64,000 nt of DNA, taken from positions 49,786,001 to 49,850,000 of the forward strand of contig CM097885.1 in assembly GCA_044892525.1 (NCBI GenBank), given 5' to 3'. A model generated the notes under the pieces. The model searched no databases and was not told the origin of the DNA. It saw only the letters and a list, made by a program, of their open reading frames with translations. Made by a program: the position numbers and the translations under genes. Shown here piece by piece: positions 37,452-52,400 of the stretch; the first letter of the stretch is position 1, and each line of letters opens with the position of its first letter. Source of the DNA: Schmidtea polychroa (taxonomy: Eukaryota).

Positions 37452-40400
37452 TTAAATTGGAATAATTTGATGATCCAGTAAAACATCACGAATAACTTTA
37501 ATTGGCTGATAATTCTGGGAAAGGTGATTCAAATTTCCAATCATTATTAATTTATGTTTTGCCCGAGATATCGCTACATTCAATCGCCTCTGGTCATTGA
37601 GAATATTATAGGAATTCTATAAACATAAATTTGAAAAAAAATTGAATTAATTAATAGAATACATTTTCATGAGTTTTCCCCGGTTTATCAGATTGACTTA
37701 CAAATGATATTATGACAATTGATTTGTCCCTGCCTTGATATTGGTCGATTGTATTAATCTCTACTTCTAGGGGAGACATTATTTTCATCATTTCCTTTTG
37801 TTGATTGTATGGAATGATAACACCGATGTCAGATTCAAGAATACCGATCTGAAGATGTCCAAATAATTGCAAAATTAAAATTATCGCGAACAGACAATTG
37901 AAATGATTTTTATTTTTGAATTCTTATATTCGTCTTCAATTTTTCTGTGTTTATGTCAAAAATGAATCCATTTCAAAAAGATTTTTATCTTGAATTAATT
38001 TCAAAAATCAACCAAAGGAATTTGAATGTAGTTCTGAAGAAAAATAATTGCTATGTGAAGGAAAGCAGGAAGATAAAATAAAAAAACCCATATAAAATTC
38101 TCAGTTGTTAAAAATCAGTAGGCTTTTAAAAGATAACTTTCTTTAACTGTTTCAATTTAGAGAAATATTAAACAAGATGAAGTTTGTCAATGACTATTTT
38201 GTGTCCTCTTTGGAAAGACAATTTAATTAAATAATTAGAGCTCAATATACAATATAACAGTATAAATCGTTATAAAATGGTAAATGTGTTAGCCGATAAG
38301 TGAAACAATTTTTTCGACCCCTATATGAATGGGCGATTTATTTAGATAACTAAAGTTGTTTGCTTATACAGTATATTATTAGCGAGGGAGAGGCAGGTAA
38401 ATAATGTACTTAATGCAATAAGTAAACAAAACAGTGTAGCTTTATTACATAAAACCACAAATCAATCATTTGGAGGTCCCTGTTGACTGGTGCCGACCGT
38501 GCCATTGTTTTCTGAAGAAAATTAAGGAAACTTGGAAAAAAGGTCCCCTGTCTTGTGTACCCCTATGCATTGCTTACTCTTGCTATATTCTTTTTACTAT
38601 ATGGTAGCTACGCCACTGCCCATCATACACTGCATAGTAGCTTTTGACATCGCTACTATGAAAATCAAAACATTCTTATTAAGTGATTATCGTTGTATTA
38701 TTATCTAATGATAAAAAGTTACAGCGTTTAATAAAATAATCCTGCTCAATGCTTTTAAAAATATTCTCCCGGATTTTTAATACATTTTAAATAATAGTTA
38801 ATTTATAAAAATTAAATTCTTTGGAAATTTATTTAAGCAGCATTCTAAAATCTACCCAAAAAGATATACTCCCTCCGTCCGGTAATATGGTATACATTTC
38901 AACAAAAATCGTAGATTATCGTGAATATAAAAATAAATAGGCAACTGTCATGACATTTTCATAGTAAATATCCATGACAATATAACCTAAAATATTTGAC
39001 TTAAGTAATATTATTCTTAGTTAAAAACTTACCGCTCAAACATCAGTGTTTCTTGAGGTAGATACAATTAGTACCGCTGCAAGACGAATATGGAAAATGT
39101 GGAAGGAAATTTGTTAAATTTAGAAAGAAGAGAAGAGGAAATGGCTATAAAATACTTCATTTAAGTAAAGGAAAACTTCGTCGCGAAGGTCGACTGCTAG
39201 AAAAATATGTATGTTCTAAAGAAGCATACAATAAAGCCAAATCAAATTTCGAGTGAACTTAATAATATTAATATTTATTTTTTTAAATTTTATTTAATAT
39301 TTACATTAATATTTATTAAAATGTTTCAAATAAAGGTAATATAATAAACTTGTCATGTATATTTTTTGATTTATTTTATTTTTTCGCAAATGTATACCAT
39401 ATTTCCGGACGGAGGGAGTATCAAATTAAATTTAGAAATCGATATTTTGAAAGCCTGCTCTTTGCATGTTATAACGACATTTATTGGGTTTATTCAATCT
39501 ATCCGACATAGCATTGTATAAAAATGAATTGCGGTGGTCAAATAACCAATGATGTTTTTTAAACCTTTCCAACATTTTTATTCATTTATCAATCAAACTG
39601 TGATATTAAAACGTGTTTTATCAAGAGAAAACACTGGTAAACATTTGTGTATATTTTATTGTCGGTTCGATATTTAATTTCAGTGTAAGATTTGGGGGTT
39701 TCTTAAATTTACATGGAAAATAGTTAATTAATCAATAGTTAATTATACAATCAAAAATTTGAAATATAGCAAGGGTTTTTAAGTTAATTTTTTTTTCAAG
39801 GGTTCTCTTTATTCTTTTTACAGATGGTCGTCATTTAGTTCTTCTCGTAACGGGCGGATTTACACTCGATCTTTCTAATTTATCGATAGAAATGGGTCTA
39901 ATAGAAACACTGTAACTCTCGCGATAATTTTTCTCAGTGTCAATGTCAATTGAAATTATTTTTTGCAAATTCGAATTTAACATTTTTTTGATATTTTTTT
40001 TGATTTAATATTTTTTTTGGGTAGATTTTGAATTTAATAATTTTAATAGATTTTTAATTAAGCCCCTTTTTTTGGTATTTTTAAAATTTTCTCTTTACAG
40101 GGTTTATCAAAATATTTAAATTTGTTATTGCAATTAATTCTGAAGAGTAATCCATTGGAATATTTAAAAATTTTGATAGATCAACGATTAAAATTATAGT
40201 CAGTATTTTAGAAAAATTATCTAACATTTTTTTTACATTTAAATGAATGTAATTATTTTAATTTTTGTTATTCTAAAATAAAAACCAAAAGTTCAAGAAT
40301 TTAGAAAGAAATGAAAATTATAAATTAATATAAATACAATAAAATTAATGACTTTCAGAAGTTGTTCTAAGAGTTCCATTGCAATCCTAGCCTCAAATTT

Positions 40401-43400
40401 ATTGAAATATATTTCGTCCGATTCAACAAACTAAAAAATCCATTTAAAATAAAGTGATAATTATTTCTTAAAATTACCGAAGGTTGATAGTTTAGGAAAA
40501 TTACCGAACGATTTAATTCACTACTACAACATTGACGTTTCCAAAATTCCAAATTCTGAAAATATTTAAAAAATAATGGAAGCACCAATAAGAAGCCATT
40601 TTTCGTTGTTACTTTCGGCACATTATATAAAATATGTAACAACACTAATTAATAAGAACTGCTAAATAGGTTATTATATAGGTTCGTTAACTATGTTGGC
40701 CAATTTGATCAATTCACTTGAAAAAGGCAGTGCCGAAAATTCGTGAATATCAAAAACATCGATATATTTACTGATTTCTAGTCAAGCATTTTTAACAAAT
40801 TATTATATTTGTTAAGATCGAAAAACGGGGATTACTGATCTCAACACAATGACTCCAATAAATAAAAATAGGTATAAATATAATATATTTAATGTGGTTG
40901 CGCGTATAAGTTTAATATGATGAATAAAGAACAAACTCCTTTCTCTTTATGAAACTTTTATTTAACAATTTACAAGATACTAATTTACAACTATTGTACA
41001 AATATAAGATAATGGATTTGTTAATCCCTGCTGTTTATCTCAGACTGCAAGAAATCGATGGCTCCTGTGTAGCACAACGATTGCAAAGTCGATGAAAGAG
41101 TTGGGCAAGCAAGTGGGAATTATTTTGGGGCACCCAGAGAATACGAAAGTAAGCTGACACTACTTTGTACTCGCTTTAAATCATTTAATCGCACCAGGAT
41201 AATAGTTTATCCCTCATATCAATAATTTTACTTTTTCGAAATAATTCTTCGGACAATAATTTGAATTTCTCCTTCCTCGAAAACGAATGAAATTGCAATT
41301 TTCTCAAAAATCTCCTCTAACTAAATTTTAGTTTTTCTCTCTCTGAATTGCTCTCGTTTAGCAATATATAACAAATTCAACAGATCACAATCTAAGATTT
41401 GATCTTTTCGTTCTAATTAAAATTTCCCCAGTGATTTATAATTACCTTTTCCCCACTAGATGTACTAATGTCTAATTTTAGTTCTTTGACTGAAATTTCT
41501 CCTCCGAATTATTCGTAACCAAATTATTTCTCTCACTAAATTATTCGCCCCTGGTTCTCGTTTTGAACCAGTATTTATAATAAATATTATTTATTTAATA
41601 TATTATTAGTAATATTATAATTACCATTTATATAGTAACAGTATAATCCAGTGTTTCTCAAACTATGGGTCGCGAAAGAATTTTTGGTGGGTCGCGATGA
41701 CTTATGGAAAGATCTACAAATATAAATTTTGGAAGTTTAAGCCTTTTAAATTTATTTAATCTTTGTCATGTGGGTCGCAATAAAATTTTTGGCATGAAAT
41801 GTCAAAAATTTGGGTCGTGATCAAAAAAGTTTGAGAACCACTGGTATAATCCAATATTACAATATACACCTTATTTCTATTTATAGTAATTAATTAAACC
41901 TATATTTTATTTTCAGTAATTTTTTATTGTTTAACAATCAAGGCCCCAGGCCTATCCCTAACATATTTATCATAGATTTCTTGATTCGCATTTTTCTAAT
42001 AATCAGGTTGAAAATTTAAATATTTCCTATATTTTAATCAATTTTCAATTTATTATAAAATATTGAAACTGGTCAATAAACATTGTTTGCTTTTTTAATA
42101 TAAAACGATCGTTATAACTATTATTTACATTTATTGGATATTGAATAATTAGGATTGGATTTAATACAAATACATTTTAAACATCAAATAAATACGTTAT
42201 TTTTAGAGAAGCTCAACCTAAATATTACCAGAAGAAAATCTAATTTCGCAATAATGAAATTTGATAAACCAGATAATTTATTATTGTTTAGTGTTTATTC
42301 AATTTATTTCCACTCGAGATATTATATAAATTATAAGAACTTTTTTCAATTTTCACCTCTGATTTCTTTTCCAATTGACATTGCATTTATTACCATATAT
42401 TATTTACGCTAAATCTCCCGGTTTGACACACCACTCTATGTTGCACCTCGTATGTTTTAGACCATCCTCCAATACACACACACACACGAAGTCCTTAAAT
42501 CCCCATATAGAAATACATTAAACCAGGGGTGGCCAACCTTTTTGGTAAAAGGGCCATTTTAATATTTTTGAATAATGCGGCGGGACGCAGGTTTGAAAGG
42601 CGTAAATTTTTAACTAATGCTTCTGTGCTAATTCCAACTAAGGAACAAGAGAAGCGCAGTAATAGCCCGTAGTGGGGTCTGAGACAACCGCTAAAAAAAC
42701 AATAAAGCATTTGCGTGCATGTTAAATAAATTATGCTTCTTAGGTACAGGATAAACTGGCACTATTTATATTTGATAGCCCTGATTATAAAGCATAATGA
42801 ATCGGGCAAATTTATTGTATTATATCGTATTTTAAAAGTTTTTATTATATTTTCAAAATATTAAAGCATGCGGGCCGCCAATTGATGACCCACGGGCCGC
42901 CGGTTGGCCACTCCTGCATTAAACAGTCGATGTTTTAATATTGCTTTTAAAAGTGAAATTCTTAAATAGTTCTTATTTAGAATCTGCTATAATAATATTG
43001 TATAGTCTCATAGACAAACTAAAATTTATCGTTCAACAGCAAAACTATTTCCCTCTAAAAAGAACATTGCATACCGACTGGCTTTCTGTCATTGCTAAAA
43101 AGACTGGACATCTGTTGACTGGCATAAGGTCATGCTTGCTGATAAGTCAAGTGTACAGCAGTTTCATTGCAATTAGGGTGACCACCTTAATTTTACAATC
43201 ACCTGGAGAATTTGAAAAAACTGAATAATTTATTTCCACTAATTTTTTTGTTTGATTGAATAAACATTAATTTTAGTCCTGACTTCTTACAAAAGGGGCA
43301 AATAAACAAAAATTATTCTCGCTAAATACCTAATGGACCTAAATGAATGTATAATTTCAAATTTCTGATTTAAAATATTTTAAGTCACTTAACAAAATAG

Positions 43401-46400
43401 AAAAGAGAAATAGCTTAACTCGACGGGAGATATGTTGAAAAAAATGGAGATCTCCGGGTGAAACCGAAGAGGTGGTCATTCTAATTGATACCATCCATAT
43501 GTTCGTTAGGCCCCTAAAAACAAAAACAACAGCAAATGACCTATAAAAAGCAGTGACACAGATCGAAAAACAGAAGACAAGCGAGAAAACCTAGAAGGGA
43601 AGTATAAAGAAAAATAGAAGAAATATTTCGAAAAAACTATAGAAGTGGAGAAACAGTAATCACAGGGATTAAAGAAAGCAAGCATTAATTAAAGTAACCA
43701 GCTGATTAATACAATCATATCGAAAAAGTTGGATTAAAGAAGCAATTTAGCGATCATTAATTTCGTAATAAGCTCTGAGTTTCGAGCGGTGAATTTCTTT
43801 TGTGTAATTGTGCTTGCAGAAATCAAATCGATTGTAATTGTGATACACAATAAATATTAGTAATAACGAGAATTTGTCATTGCTATTAATGTTTCAAGAC
43901 ACACTTGGAGTAAGATCAATAATTGGTAATATTTGTTTTCATCGACAAACCCAACATTACTAATCATTGATTTTCATATTTGCATTTTTTGGAACTTGCT
44001 CGTACAATTTCACGTTAGTTACACATGTTTAACTATTTCCCTCCACTGATCCAATCATAGAACACTTTTCCGCATCTCACTTAAGTATTGTTAATTATAT
44101 TATTTTTAAACCTCATATAAAAAATCAATATTAGTGTTTAATTTTACTTTATTTTTTATATTCAATTGTTTTTTTCTTATAATTTACAAGGTGACCAGAA
44201 ATAACTTGGATCAACTTGTTCAAATCAGAAAGTTTTTCGCTGTCATTTTATTTTTATTAGATTCTTCAACGTGTTTTGATTTTATATTACCAATAAAATA
44301 TTTATTTTTGAATTGTAGAATGAAATCACAAATTGCATAAATTCTAAGGAAAGGTAATGTCAAATGTTCAATCGCTTGGTGTGCCCAAACAGGGCAGTTT
44401 CCTATGCCGTGAATCGATTCAAAGAACTCGGACGTGATGGTGACCGAGTGGCTGATAAAGAAAATTGTCATTGAACCCCTCACGAAACCGGAAATTCATT
44501 TAACCAGAAGTGCGTTATCTGTAATCAACATGCGCCAATAAGGAATATTGCTAGAAAATCGATTCGAATGATTGCCAAAAAGGAGCTCAATCCTCACACA
44601 TGTACAAACTCAAACAATGACAAATTCTCATCGGTGACAACAAAAGAATTAGAATTGAGAGATGTCAGAATCTGCTCTAGCAGCCCACAACTCCGAAAAT
44701 ACTGGAATTTGTGCAAGTGACTAAGGGATATTTTGAAGGATGAGGAACTTCTCTGAGCCTCACAGCACTCTGGCAATTAATTTGGAACCTTTCAGCGAGA
44801 CTCCGCGGCCTCTCATCAAGCAAAAACCACTCAGGACTGATATAAGGCCAATGTCCCAGACGCTATCTCGGCTCAATAATGGGTTCCGTACTCGACCCAT
44901 TAAACCAGTTGTTCTCAACTCGTGTTCCGCGAAAAAAATGACATTTTATCTTCAAATTTGCATTTAAGATACATATCATCAAAAACCTCAATTAATTTTT
45001 TTATAAGATGATTCAATAAGAAAGCCGTTACACAGATATATAAACATACAATTATATAAAAGTGTTTCTATTGCTTGTTATTTTTGTGCGTGGTATTTTC
45101 TTTGCTTATAAGAAGGCTTTGTTTACCTTTACGACAGATTTATAGTAATTTGTGATCGGTCACTCATTGTGGGCAAGTATTTTTTGCCAGTGTTCCGCGT
45201 AAAAAAAGATCATGTGAATGGCGTTCCGCGCTTTTATATTAATTGAGAACCAATGCATTAGACTATAGCGCAGTGCTTCTCTCCTGGGCCCCCAGTTGGG
45301 GCAATTTGACATTTCATTGGAGCAATTTCGAAATAAATGGATTTTCAAAATTTGAGATAAATCATCATTTTTCTCAAGTATATACGCCGTATTTTATGTA
45401 TTCTAATTGTCATAAACTGGAGTAACTTGACTTTTAAACTCTATTGTTGGGGACATAGAGCATAACATGATGAGAAGCACTGCTATAGTGTATGGTCGAT
45501 TTTGAAGTCAAAGGCCTGTGCTAAGCCACATAAAAATTTGGAGGTTCTAATGCTCTCACTGCACCGGGAAAGTGATAGAATAACAGTGGCGGCCCATCAC
45601 AGAGTACCTCACCAAACGTCTTAAGCTGTGTTATGTCGAAGAGAGGCTATTTTAACAACTAATGTAAATTTATATTCCCTACATCTTTGCTATTGTTGCT
45701 CAATTGTTTTTTTGAACGCTTTTGGGAAATCACTGGAAAAGTTTGTCCAAGTCATTTCTGGTCACTTTGTATAACAATAGGAATAAATTTAATAAACATA
45801 TAAGTACCAACATTGATAGATTCATGTTCCATAATAGTTGCAAATGATACTTGATCAGTGGCGCAAGTTATCTGGTTATTATAGGAGATGGTATTACACA
45901 ACTTTAGAATTTCAATATTCATGCGATACTGCAATTTTAATTCAGTAATACAATTCGGATGATTAAATTCACACAATTTCGAGAACAAACTCTGATCTAA
46001 ACCTTTTGTTCTAGTAATCAATTATTATATATCATTCAATGATAATGAAGTTATTAAAACCTTGCTGTAAAATTCCTCACGAGAGGTGGCAATTGAAATA
46101 AATCGCCTGTCAGAATAAATTTCCCCTTATTTTCGTCCATTTTCAACAATGGCATTATCGATATAGGAAGTGTAATTTGACCAGCTTCATCAATAATTAC
46201 AACATCAAATTTCAATCGTGATAAAGCAGCATGATTAGCAGACAAACATGTTACTCCAACAACATCCTATATAACAATGATTATTAATAAAATATTAATC
46301 GAAAGACTTAAAAAAATATGCCAAATTCATTTTAATATTCAGAATGTTCAATGTCAATTTGTGATAAGGAATCTCTTAAGATAAAATTTTTCCCACTTAC

Positions 46401-49400
46401 CTTTTTAAAATCAAATATATCAGGATCAAACGCATACACATGGTTAAATAGCTCCAACACAATAGTTCAAAAATAGATTGTTGGCACATGATTCTGTGAA
46501 ATAGAAGATTTAGACTGTTAACCTTTGGAAAAAACCATGTCTTCAAATATTTTCCTTGATTATTTTTACCATGTTACATCATAATTTAATAAGTCCCTCT
46601 ATATCCTTTTTCGTTGTGATCACAAACGCTAACTTTGAATAAAGCATATAAATCGAGTAAATAAAATCATTCTATCCAAAATGATAAAATCTCGCATTTA
46701 TAAGTAGATTAAACTAGTAAAGCATTCAATGAGAAATATGAATTTAATTGACCAACATTTATAATTATAAATTATTGAATAAAAATTCATTGTTACATAT
46801 TAATTGAAAAGACAATTAGATTTATATTAGTCAAATCCTATACTTTTTTTATTTGCGTATGATCTGCTTTTTCCTTTCTAATTTCATTTAACTCTATTTA
46901 TATTTCGATTAAAGTTTTATTTTCAAATTTATATTATTATAATAACGCCAAAGATTTGTGTTAAATAGAAACAAAAATAAATCTATAGTCAAAATTTAAT
47001 GAAGATAAGTGAAAATAAATATCGTCGGTTTAAAAGCAGAAATCACTAAGTCAAAAAACATAGTTTTTAGTAAATCCATATTAACTTAGGAATTTCTGAT
47101 TGTATTATAATAGCACGATTGACTTAGTGCAATAAATGTCCACCTAAAAACCTCAACAATATCAATTTACGACTTATAAGATTTTGCCCATATAAAGTTG
47201 GCATTATAATGAAATCTTGGAAAATGTACTTAGTGAATTTTGCTTGTAAACCAACGATATATAATACATTACAAATTTAACATTAACTTGAACTAAATAA
47301 TATATGAATAATAATTTTTTATTCTGCTTTAACTCCGATTCAAAAATTTTATTTTAAATATTAAGTTTGTTTTTAAAAGTTTTTTATTTATATTTTATTG
47401 TATCTTTTTAGTCTTTTGGAAGCATGTAATATTACATTAAATTAAAGTAATAAGTTAACGATATGATAAACCTTTACTACAAGTTCATTCAAAACAAAAT
47501 CTGAGAAATTTCATTTACGAAATAGCCCTTTTCTATTGAAATTATCCGCCTTTTAACTGGGTTTTATAATTTAATTTTGAGATAAAAGTTTATTCCAATA
47601 TTTTTATTTATAAAAAACTTCTAATATTTTTGAACATTTCTTTCTTGTTGCTAGATTCGACAAATTGGAAACAAGACTTTCTGCAGCACTCTTTATACGC
47701 TTTTTGTCATGATAATTTAATTGGTGTCAAGCTATTAACCCGAAATGAGTCTAATTGCCTTTAAAACAAACTAATCTGTCCAGCCTTCCGGTCACTCGTT
47801 TGAAGCATTATTTTTAAATAATTATTATGATTATCCAGGATTGCTATACAGTGCAGCTCTTTACACAACTCTGGCTTTTCATTAACGAATTAATTAATTT
47901 TAATTACTTTATTGTAAGTGTAGTGCGTTGTTATTTTTATTATCAATGTAGTTATAAATTTTATTATTGTTATTTTTTACCATTATTATCTATTTTAAAA
48001 TTAAAAAAACTAAATAGTTTAATTCTCTATAGTAAATCATTAATATAGAGAATTACAAAGAAATAAAAAATCAATGGAAAAATAAAATTTAAAAAAGAAT
48101 ATCTTTGGATACAAAATAGCCTTTGAAGTTCATTTGGATAATGATATCTATCGCCTATGCCCATCTTTTCTATACAGACGAAATAAACCTCTAATTAAGA
48201 TTTTTTGGATAACAATAAAGAAAATTATGATTTCGAACCATAATTACCGTGCCACGTTGAAAACGTAAGAAAAGTTTGTTTTTTAATAAAAGATGTATAT
48301 TCATTATTTTCATTATTTCTCACTGTAAACACTCACAATGACCCCAATAGTCCCAACATAAGTTTTAAAGGTGACGCTGGTGGGTACTACAGATTTCTTG
48401 CACAACATTACAATTTTTCTACATATCACATATATAATATTACTACAAAAAGTTTCTCTAGAGACCTTCAATTATTATTATCATTTTTGGATTAGTCTAA
48501 TGATTCTGTGTTCAATCATACCCATTTCTCACGAACAAAATTAATATTCAGTTTTTAATGAGTTTTAATTAATTTCTGCTCTTTTATTATTTTGGTGTTT
48601 TTATTGATTTTAACCGTGCTTCTATTTAGTGCCTTCTTATATTGACCCCAACAGTTCAAAGTCAGTCGGATACGTGGAAACGGGTTCAAATGAAATTACA
48701 AAATTTGACATTAACAAACAAGTGAAGCGAAATAAAGGTTTGAAAAATATAAAACAATTTCTTACGAATTTATATGATATTTTATATAAATCAATCTTAA
48801 CTTACAATATTTTCAATAAGATTGTGAAAATCTAATAGATTTTCAATTTTCTTTTCAACCAGAATATAACTGAGAGTTCTATTCTTCAATTTCTCACTAA
48901 CAGAATGATTGCCATTTAAGTATAAAAAGTTAATTTCATTCTGATAAAAAATACAATCAATGAAATTTCATTAAAAGATGAAATAATCTCACAGAATCAA
49001 GTTTCTGCAGAATATTACTCACAGCTGAATGAGTATAACTACTAACTAAAACCTTCATTCGCATCAACACGAATATTCTGATCATCGCAACAATACATGA
49101 AGTTTTTCCTAGATAGAACATTTTTACAACCTGACTCAATATGGATACTTTTTTCCATTAATATAAAGTTTGTTAAATATTTAGTTTCAAAATCGAGCAA
49201 TAAGACAATTCGACTGAAAATAATATTTTTTACTTAGAAAGCTTATCTTATATGTCCATTATGAATCATGCAATATATAAAATATATACAAATAAGTTAA
49301 TATTTTTATTATGTAAAAGATTTATAAAGAATTGAAATAGAAAACATTGACAGTACAACGGAATGACAATCATTTTTAAGGATCCAATGAGACTCAAATT

Positions 49401-52400
49401 AAAATAAAGTAAAATTTTGGAAATATATGTAAAATAAATACGAAAGTTAAGCTGGGAGTCATTAATTTAAAAGGACGAATAATTGGGCAGATATTTATTT
49501 ATTTCAAATTTAAATAATAGCCAAAACATAGTGATGTTTATTATATTGTGCAGTTGTAATTATTGTTCTCCAACAGTTCTCTTTTTTATATTTCTCTACC
49601 GATACAATAGATATTTAGAGGTTTACATTGTAAGTTAATCCGTTTCCAATTATTAAAAAGATAAAATTTTGATTTTTTCGAATATAAGACATTAAAACAA
49701 TAAATGAAAACTCATCTCGACGCAATGCTTTTACAGGTTCTTACATGATTAAATAACGCTCGTTTCTTTTCCCCTTATTTTATTATTGTGTTTATGATTG
49801 CAGAGTTTAATTCATCGCTGCTATTGACATTGCTTGATTTCACTTAAGACTTCAATCGGGTTCACATGAGGACTATATAATGGTAAAAATATTAATTCAT
49901 GCCCGTTTTCTTCAATTAAAACACAAATATTCATAACTTTCGGATATTCATAATATTCGGATACAATGTTTGGCTTCCTCTATTATTGTACATGCTCCAA
50001 GACTTCTTACATTCAACGCCTCCACTCTTCCTGTCGCTTTAAATAAACGAATAATTGACGTCATGATTTTAACGTTCAATTCAAGTTCTTTAGCAATCTG
50101 TTTTGAATTCCTATCATCTTCATACTTCCTAACAATGATTACTCTTACGTTGTTTGTAATTTTTTCGGAAAGTGCTGTTTTGTATCATAATTTCAAATTT
50201 AAACAATATTTAAAAAAAAATGGAAAATGGATTAAATTACACGATAAAACGTGTAATAGAAATTTCTCTCAACTCTTACAGAATGCTTTCAATCCTTTCA
50301 ATTTCCACTCACATTTTATTTACCAGTATGGTGGTTTGGCTAAATTTTTAGTTCCTTTTTAGTTTTCCCCTCACTTGATAATATATTAAATTATTAACCC
50401 AAATTGAGTAGGGAAAATCTTTTTTGCGTAATTTAGTTTCTAATTAAATTTATTTATTTTTAAATTAAATTAATTAATTAGTTTGTATTTTCTAAATAAT
50501 TTTGTCAAGGGACTCCAAATCGATCTTCATATTTGTCTCATCCTTTGCCGTTTGCTCATATCTGTTTTCCCTGAAAAATTTTAATATTTATATAACCCCA
50601 ACAATATTATAACATCGAATTTCTTTATTAATTGCAATTTTTCAAATATAAATATATAAGCGGAATATTTTTTTACCTGAGCCAGGATATCCCTTAATCA
50701 ATAAATAATCTTTGGAAAATATTGCAGACATTATAACTCTTCTTTGATCAGGATTGCATGTTTTCATTATGTGTTTGACTAAAACACACATTGGAATTAT
50801 TTTTATACCATATAAAATATACTTTTCTCAGCTAAGGATTTGGTTATTTTACTATCAAACAGCGGAGGTTTACTATGCACGATAAAATCCCTTAATCTTT
50901 GACTGAAACAAATATCATGGAATTAAGATCTTAAACGCGCAATATTATTACCTAATTTCAGATTTATCCATAAGACTACCTAACACTGACAAATTGGAAA
51001 TTGGAATTTTAAGAGAACTATTGAGATCAATTCTCAACTTAGTCATTTTTGAACTTTATATTTTATATTATAATATTTCTTACAACCAATCATTTACCAT
51101 ATTAGAGGTTTTTCTGATGAAATAATCAGAAAATCATCCCCGGGTGATTCAACAATATAACCGAGAACTATTGCCATCTTTTTACTATCTTCACTACTAA
51201 CAATTATTGGATCACCTTCAACAAATTTATAGAAAGGCCTAAAATCAATTCCTAGTCTGAGAAATAATGGGAAAACCATCTAACCTTTGTGATAAGTTGA
51301 ATTTGATTAAGAAATTAATCCCGTTGTGACTTGATGACTCAAATGTCACATTTCTTAATGATTTATTGGAATTTTGCAGTATGATATTTCTAATGGGATT
51401 TTCGTTGCTACCTTCTGACAGAAATTCCAAAATTATCAAATTTATCAAATGAACAAAGAATTCATAATCTTTATCACACAAATGCCCGGTATTATTCTTA
51501 ATTAAATCTTTCATTGATTGACTATAGACAGAGTCGTCTTGAGAAAGCCTTGGAATAAAATGAATTAGTAATTTAGTGAACTCATATTTTTTCTATGTAA
51601 TTTGCTCTATAGAATTTCCATACTATACTGAAGTTTTACAAAATAATTACAAGCCAAAGATTGGTTAAAAAAGAATTTATTAAGTGACGCCTACTAGACT
51701 TGCTTTGGATTTCGTTTGTTTTAATTTATCTTCATTTCTTTTTTTAGAAAATCAATAAGTATTTTGCATTTTATATCAAGCAATTTTCTTCGATTTAAAG
51801 TCTTTTGTCTCACCATAAACTCTATATTGGAAACATTTTAAGGATATGATATTAAATAGTCAAAGAAAATATTCTGTTAGTAGACACTTTACACAATGTG
51901 AATTTTATATTAAAAATGTATTAATCATCATCCTAGACAGAGATAACAATAAAAAGGGAAACATTAATGGAGATTATTATACAAGGTGTGTAAAAGTAAC
52001 TTCCGTATTTTGAAATTTAATATTTTCCAACAGAATATCCATTAACATTAATGCACATATTCAATCGATGATAAATAGGATTTATGTCATTTTTTACATA
52101 TTTCTGGTTGTATTTCGGCATCCTTCAACTTTGATAAAGTTTATCAACTCTTGGAGATTCTTTGATATTCTTTTGCCTTCAGGATGCCTTCAAAGAAAAA
52201 AAGTCGAGTGGTGATAGGCCAGATAACTTGGTAGCTTAAATAAATAGTCTTGCTCTTCCAATCGAACTTCTAGGAAATTTGCGGTTCAAAATTCTTTGAC
52301 TTGACATGCATTACGAGCAGGAGCTCCATTCTGCTAGGAAATTACTTTGGAAATCATTTTCTAACATTTGTCATGAAAAAAGAATGGACCAATAGCATGT

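Larger units (their letters stand above)
44187..45769 (+). mobile_element. maT/DD37D Tc1-mariner element, decayed, hosting two hAT MITEs
   Basis: TIR CAA(G/A)GTGACCAGAAAT(A/G)ACTTGGA at both ends with TA TSD; peptides [18 protein letters not shown] and [23 protein letters not shown] (after excising the inserts). Confidence 0.85.

Noticed and set aside
38400-38617. Lone hAT-like end GCTACGCCACTG (and a CAGTGGC start at 3683)
   Set aside because: No partner TIR or TSD was found, so boundaries cannot be supported.
46380-46620. Exon-like segment with a strong GTAAGT donor in the DNA2 intron
   Set aside because: The exon at 48940-48806 already splices in frame to 46266 and restores the expected sequence before VVGVTC; no clean acceptor and open frame were found here.
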